The notes under the pieces: generated by a model | Database searches by the model: none | The model's input: only the letters and a program-made list of their open reading frames with translations | Told to the model about the DNA's origin: nothing | Source: an uncultured virus (IMG/VR IMGVR_UViG_3300042898_002828) | Lineage: Duplodnaviria > Heunggongvirae > Uroviricota > Caudoviricetes > Crassvirales | Strand: one strand, 5' to 3' | Virus record (IMG/VR): IMGVR_UViG_3300042898_002828 | Length of the DNA: 20,000 bases | Made by a program: the position numbers and the translations under genes | Shown here: positions 15,824 to 20,000 of the stretch, piece by piece | Layout of the letters: each line of letters starts with the position of its first letter | How positions within the stretch are numbered: the stretch's first letter is position 1

Positions 15824-16136
15824 GCCTTTATCGGTTAATCAAGTTTGGCAGGGCAAACGATTTAAGACACCTATTTATAAAAGCTATGAAACAAGTTGTT
15901 TATGGTTATTACCTACAATAGAAATACCAGCAGCACCTTATGAGTTTCATTATGAATTTGGATTTAGTTCTAAATTATCTGATTTGCTTAATCCTGAAAA
16001 ACCAATTACGGATATAATTTGCAAACGATATGGAATAGATGACCGATATATTAATAGGATGGTATTAGAAAAGGTTATGGTTAAAAAAGGTGAGGAATAT
16101 ATTAAATTTGAGATAACTCATGCAAAACCACGTTAA
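15804..16136 (+). CDS. RusA-like Holliday junction resolvase
   Basis: KPLSVN start, SDLLNPEKPITD (D-x2-N-x2-K-x3-D) and GIDDRYI. Confidence 0.75.
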   Translation: MIKINIKPLSVNQVWQGKRFKTPIYKSYETSCLWLLPTIEIPAAPYEFHYEFGFSSKLSDLLNPEKPITDIICKRYGIDDRYINRMVLEKVMVKKGEEYIKFEITHAKPR

Positions 16137-16395
16137 GGTTTACTTAAACCATTTCGGATATGGTGAAGATGATTTTATAAAATGTGAAAGACCCGAATGC
16201 AATAAAAGGGCAGTAGATATTATGCACCTTATACCACGTTCTAAGTTTGGTAAAAAAAGAAAAGATGAACAAGACCACATTACTAACCTTTTTGCAGGGT
16301 GTAGGTTATGTCATACAGCATTTGACGATGGGAAAAAATGGACATTAGAAGAAATGCAAAAAATACATTTATTTAATTTATCAAGATTAATATGA
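16120..16395 (+). CDS. HNH-like endonuclease with Zn-binding cysteines
   Basis: CERPEC...AVDIMHL...NLFAGCRLCH. Confidence 0.65.
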   Translation: MQNHVKVYLNHFGYGEDDFIKCERPECNKRAVDIMHLIPRSKFGKKRKDEQDHITNLFAGCRLCHTAFDDGKKWTLEEMQKIHLFNLSRLI

Positions 16396-17165
16396 AAAAA
16401 TACATATCATTTAGCGGTGGAGTTGAAAGTTCAACAATGGCAATACTTTATGGCAAAGGTGCTAAATTGATATGGGTAGATACCGGAGCAGAACATAAAG
16501 AACTTTATGACAGATTAGATATGTTTGAAAAATACATATTAGAACTACATAAAGGAGATTGTGAATTAATCCGTTTAAAAGGTTCTTATTCTACTAAAGG
16601 TGTAAAAGTAGATAGTTTGATTGATGCGATAAGAATAGGACAATTTATGCCATCAGGCCAAAAAAGATTTTGCACATCAGCATTTAAAATTAAACCTATT
16701 GATAATTATTTAAAGTCACTTGGCGAAGTAGAACTTATGATAGGTTTTAATTTGGATGAAGAAGGTAGGACAGGAAACCTTGAAAAAATATCAAGTATTA
16801 ATTACACATATCCTTTAATTAATGATGGCTACACAAGAAAAGACTGTGAAGCTATTTTAGAATTTCACGGAATGCACCCATCTTTTCCTGTTTATATGAA
16901 TAGAGGAGGCTGTAAGATGTGTTTTTATAAGTCACAAAAAGAATACAAAGCAATGTATTATTTAGACCGTGATACTTTTAATGAAATTAAAGAATTAGAA
17001 AATAATATTCAAGATAAAAGAACTAAGCGTTTTTCAATTATGGAATCAGGCAAATCAATGAATCAACTAGAACAAGAGTGCAAAGAAGAAATACCATTTG
17101 ATTTTACCGAAATTTATAAAGATAGGGAGAGCAATCGTTCTTGTGGAGCATTTTGTAGAAGATAG
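16392..17165 (+). CDS. PAPS-reductase-family (PP-loop, Cys-rich) protein
   Basis: SFSGGVES, VDTGAEH, RFCTSAFKIKPI, YPL, GGCKMCFY and C-terminal SCGAFC. Confidence 0.8.
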   Translation: MKKYISFSGGVESSTMAILYGKGAKLIWVDTGAEHKELYDRLDMFEKYILELHKGDCELIRLKGSYSTKGVKVDSLIDAIRIGQFMPSGQKRFCTSAFKIKPIDNYLKSLGEVELMIGFNLDEEGRTGNLEKISSINYTYPLINDGYTRKDCEAILEFHGMHPSFPVYMNRGGCKMCFYKSQKEYKAMYYLDRDTFNEIKELENNIQDKRTKRFSIMESGKSMNQLEQECKEEIPFDFTEIYKDRESNRSCGAFCRR

Positions 17166-17166
17166 T

Positions 17167-17322
17167 ATGACATACAAAGGATTTAAAATAGAACTAAACG
17201 AGTATTACAATTGGCGATACCCAAATACAAAATATTTATATTATAGTATTAATGATTGTGATAGACCTGTATTATGGGCTTCAACAATAGATGAATGCAA
17301 GAAAGAAATAGACCTTATTTAG
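17167..17322 (+). CDS. hypothetical protein (start corrected to MTYKGF at 17167)
   Basis: In-frame ATG right after the upstream stop; its own stop lies inside box E. Confidence 0.6.
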   Translation: MTYKGFKIELNEYYNWRYPNTKYLYYSINDCDRPVLWASTIDECKKEIDLI

Positions 17323-17377
17323 ATTAATTTTAAATTAGAAAACCCGATAAAACGTATTAGTTGAAATATTACTTTTG
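17317..17377 (+). promoter_or_regulatory. box E (ATTTAGAT-TAA-TTTTAAAT, 17317-17335) plus -7 element TACTTTTG (17370-17377)
   Basis: Direct reading; 38 nt between the box and the TTTG; precedes the methyltransferase gene. Confidence 0.7.
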
Positions 17378-17382
17378 AAAAT

Positions 17383-18807
17383 ATGAAAATAAATGTATTG
17401 AGCCTGTTTGATGGGATGTCTTGCGGACAACAAGCACTTGAAAGAACTGGTATTAAAGTAGATAATTATTTTGCATCAGAGATTGATAAGTATGCAATCC
17501 AAGTTACTATGGCAAATTACCCCAATACAATTCAATTAGGGAGCGTTGTAGGAGTGGATGGGTATAGTTTACCTAAAATTGATTTATTAATAGGTGGAAG
17601 TCCTTGCCAATCGTTTTCATTTGCAGGTAAAAGAAAAGGAATGTCTACCAAATGCGAAACTGAGATATTAACCTTAGAGCATTACCTTGAATTAAAAGCA
17701 GAAGGCTACGAATTTGAAGGGCAGTCTTATTTGTTTTGGGAATTTATGCGGTTACTATATGAATGCAAACCTAAATACTTTTTACTTGAGAATGTTGAGA
17801 TGGGCGAAAAGTGGGAAAAAGTATTAAGTAAGGCAATTGGAGTTAATGGTATCCATATAAACTCAGCTTTATTCTCTGCTCAGAATCGTAAGCGTATTTA
17901 TTGGACAAATATAGGATTAGAACCGGCAGGATTATTTGGTTATCCAATGTCTATTATAAGAAAACCAAAAGACAAAAAAATATTATTAAAAGATATTTTG
18001 GAAAGTGAGGTTGATGAAAAGTATTTTTTGAGTGAGAAAGCAATTGATCGATTTGCAAGGTCAGAAGGTGGTGAAAAGTGTCTTGATAATGATAATAAAT
18101 CTATGTGTTTAATTAGTGGATATTATAAACAAGGCAGAGATAATCAATTAATAGTCCACAACACAATGCCACGTTCATCAACATCGGGCAAAGGTGGTAC
18201 AGGCCCATTAAGTAGAGCTGATGGAAAAACTTATTGCTTGGATACCGGTAATACAAATGCGGTGGAGGTAGTTAGTACAATTAAACATAAATACAATGGG
18301 GATGTTTTAGAAAATACAAGTGGAAAAGTTGGTACAATTACTCAACATATGAGCAGAAGCGGTATGACTAATGGATTTAAAGTTGTTGTTCCTAATACTA
18401 ATGAGGTGGAGATAGTGGCTCAAAGAGGCAGAGGCGAAAAAGGCAATATTGAGCAACAATTAGAAGTTAGGAAAGATGGAAAAACAAATTGCTTAACAAG
18501 TGTGCAAAAAGATAATTTAATTAGACAACTTAACCCATCTCTTGAAAGTGGTGGCAAACAACCTTACCAACAAAATAGAGTGTATGATATAGATGGAATT
18601 AGTCCTGCATTACAAGCTCAATTACCATATGGAGCTAATATTATAAACACTTCACGCATCCGCAGACTAACGCCAACAGAATGCGAAAGATTGCAAACAG
18701 TACCTGATAACTACACTAATCACGTTAGCGATTCACAACGATATAAAATGCTTGGAAATGGGTGGACAGTTGATGTTATTGCTCACATATTATCTTATTT
18801 AGAATGA
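17383..18807 (+). CDS. DNA (cytosine-5)-methyltransferase with a long modular target-recognition region
   Basis: VLSLFDG (motif I), GGSPCQ (IV), LLENV (VI), QNRKR (VIII), RRLTPTECERLQ (IX) and LGNGW (X). Confidence 0.93.
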   Translation: MKINVLSLFDGMSCGQQALERTGIKVDNYFASEIDKYAIQVTMANYPNTIQLGSVVGVDGYSLPKIDLLIGGSPCQSFSFAGKRKGMSTKCETEILTLEHYLELKAEGYEFEGQSYLFWEFMRLLYECKPKYFLLENVEMGEKWEKVLSKAIGVNGIHINSALFSAQNRKRIYWTNIGLEPAGLFGYPMSIIRKPKDKKILLKDILESEVDEKYFLSEKAIDRFARSEGGEKCLDNDNKSMCLISGYYKQGRDNQLIVHNTMPRSSTSGKGGTGPLSRADGKTYCLDTGNTNAVEVVSTIKHKYNGDVLENTSGKVGTITQHMSRSGMTNGFKVVVPNTNEVEIVAQRGRGEKGNIEQQLEVRKDGKTNCLTSVQKDNLIRQLNPSLESGGKQPYQQNRVYDIDGISPALQAQLPYGANIINTSRIRRLTPTECERLQTVPDNYTNHVSDSQRYKMLGNGWTVDVIAHILSYLE

Positions 18808-18857
18808 TTCCAAATTAGCAAACCCGATAAATATATGAATTGAATAAACGTATTTTG
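18797..18857 (+). promoter_or_regulatory. box F (ATTTAGAA-TGA-TTCCAAAT, 18797-18815) plus -7-like CGTATTTTG ending at 18857
   Basis: Direct reading; 38 nt between the box and the TTTG; the MTase stop codon is the box centre. Confidence 0.7.
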
Positions 18858-18881
18858 CCCTACAATTAAACAATTAAAAAA

Positions 18882-19169
18882 ATGAAAATTACAGTTAAAG
18901 AAACAATCGAACAGGAAATTGAAATTACATTTCCAAGTTTTTACAAGACTAATTACAATTATTCCAAACAGACTTACTATGCTTTTTTCAGCGAGAAATT
19001 GGGATTATGTATTACTGAAGGATTTACCTATCAAACTACACCAGAAAGTTCAATGATTGTATTTAAAGAATTGGTACTTTGCGACAAATCAGAAGTAGAG
19101 CAAGTATTCAAAGCTAATCAAAGGTTTTTTGAAACCACTATGAAAGGAACCATAGTGTTAACTACATAA
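18882..19169 (+). CDS. hypothetical protein
   Basis: Follows the box F promoter, with an ACAATTAAACAATTAAAA leader. Confidence 0.75.
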   Translation: MKITVKETIEQEIEITFPSFYKTNYNYSKQTYYAFFSEKLGLCITEGFTYQTTPESSMIVFKELVLCDKSEVEQVFKANQRFFETTMKGTIVLTT

Positions 19170-19321
19170 TTAAAGACTTGCAATGGAAAAGCTAATTAAC
19201 AACTGGATTAAATCAATCTTCACCCGAAAATCAAGTTTTAAAAAACGACTTAAACAAATAAGTAAACCAATTAATTTCAAATGAAAGAATCAATATCAAT
19301 AATAATTTTATATATAGTATA

Positions 19322-19417
19322 ATGGAAAATTCAGAAATAACAGGCAAAAGAATCCTATTAGGAATATTTGTAGGATGTGTAATATTTTGGAGTTTAATAA
19401 TTTTTAACCACTGTTAA
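19322..19417 (+). CDS. 31-aa single-transmembrane peptide (MENSEITGKRILLGIFVGCVIFWSLIIFNHC)
   Basis: Read manually; hydrophobic stretch after KR. Confidence 0.4.
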   Translation: MENSEITGKRILLGIFVGCVIFWSLIIFNHC

Positions 19418-19447
19418 GTAAATCGTAACAATTTTAATAATAATATA

Positions 19448-20000
19448 ATGGCAAGAACAAATCCAAATCAATCAGAGCTTCCAAAAAATCCTGCAACAAT
19501 GTTTGCACAATGGAAAGACCCAGGACTATTCCTTTATTGGGACAAAGAAAAAGAAAAGAACATTGAGTTACCATCTAACTTTACTTTTATTGTATTAGAT
19601 GAACTTTCAACTATCAAAGGTTGGAATGACCCAACAAGTTCAGGTATCTACGCTAATGAAATCAGAAACATTAAATCTGAAACATTAACGGTTAAATCAT
19701 TTAAAGGCGGTTTAATAGCAGAAGGCACTTATGGTAATATTCACGATACTATTGTAGCGTCAGGAGGTAAATATTGCGCTTCTGTTTACATAGCTTACAA
19801 AGATTCAGAAGGCTTTAAAATAGGTAACATTCAATTTACAGGTTCATCTTTAGGCGGGTGGTTTGAGTTTCGCAAAGAAAGCAAAAACGATCTATATTCA
19901 AAAGCAGTACAGTTAACCGGTAAAACTGAAGCTAAAAAAGGGGCAACAAAATATTATGTTCCAGTCTTTAAGTTGATTGATGTAAGTCAAGAAACGGATG
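19448..20000 (+). CDS. conserved phage protein, possibly ssDNA-binding; 3'-truncated (MARTNPNQSELPKNPATMFAQWKD...)
   Basis: Open frame from ATG 19448 to the window end (FIVLDELSTIKGW, IYANEIR, KKGATKYYVPVF); absent from the track because it has no stop. The SSB role is a guess from family recollection and context. Confidence 0.7.
   Translation, partial: MARTNPNQSELPKNPATMFAQWKDPGLFLYWDKEKEKNIELPSNFTFIVLDELSTIKGWNDPTSSGIYANEIRNIKSETLTVKSFKGGLIAEGTYGNIHDTIVASGGKYCASVYIAYKDSEGFKIGNIQFTGSSLGGWFEFRKESKNDLYSKAVQLTGKTEAKKGATKYYVPVFKLIDVSQETD

Noticed and set aside
5499..18815. Palindromic or 12-mer repeats as a CRISPR array
   Set aside because: Dispersed and irregularly spaced, with no repeat-spacer periodicity and no cas genes.
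5781..18881. ACAATTAAA motif before several start codons as a novel regulatory element
   Set aside because: Consistent with ordinary A-rich, Shine-Dalgarno-less Bacteroidota translation initiation regions.
1..20000. Alternative genetic code or stop-codon recoding
   Set aside because: Long conserved genes read through intact in code 11, and TAA, TAG and TGA all occur at sensible gene ends.

Overview
AT-rich segment of what is most likely a tailed-phage (or prophage) genome with a Bacteroidota host, inferred from TAnnTTTG promoter elements, A-rich start regions lacking Shine-Dalgarno sites, and the gene families present. Layout: (1) 1-4783, a glycan-modification cluster (about five glycosyltransferase-like genes plus TylF- and FkbM-type methyltransferases). 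(2) About 4830-5800, a non-coding region where strand composition flips; it holds a C6/G8 inverted repeat, a XerC/D dif-like site and three copies of a sigma54-like 12-mer. (3) 5800-13005, a dense run of small early-type ORFs, including a stand-alone Fis/NtrC-type HTH gene and an integron-like attC/gene-cassette structure. (4) 13149-20000, a replication, recombination and DNA-modification module: initiator with internal iterons, DnaB, RusA-like, HNH-like, PAPS-reductase-like, modular C5 methyltransferase and a putative SSB. The strongest unexplained signals are: six copies of a 19-bp palindrome (ATTTAGAA-N3-TTCTAAAT), five of them 38-39 nt upstream of the TTTG of a Bacteroidota -7 promoter element; a leader-peptide plus pseudoknot arrangement in front of the initiator gene; and the attC-like cassette array. 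All protein calls are from motif recognition by eye; no searches were run.
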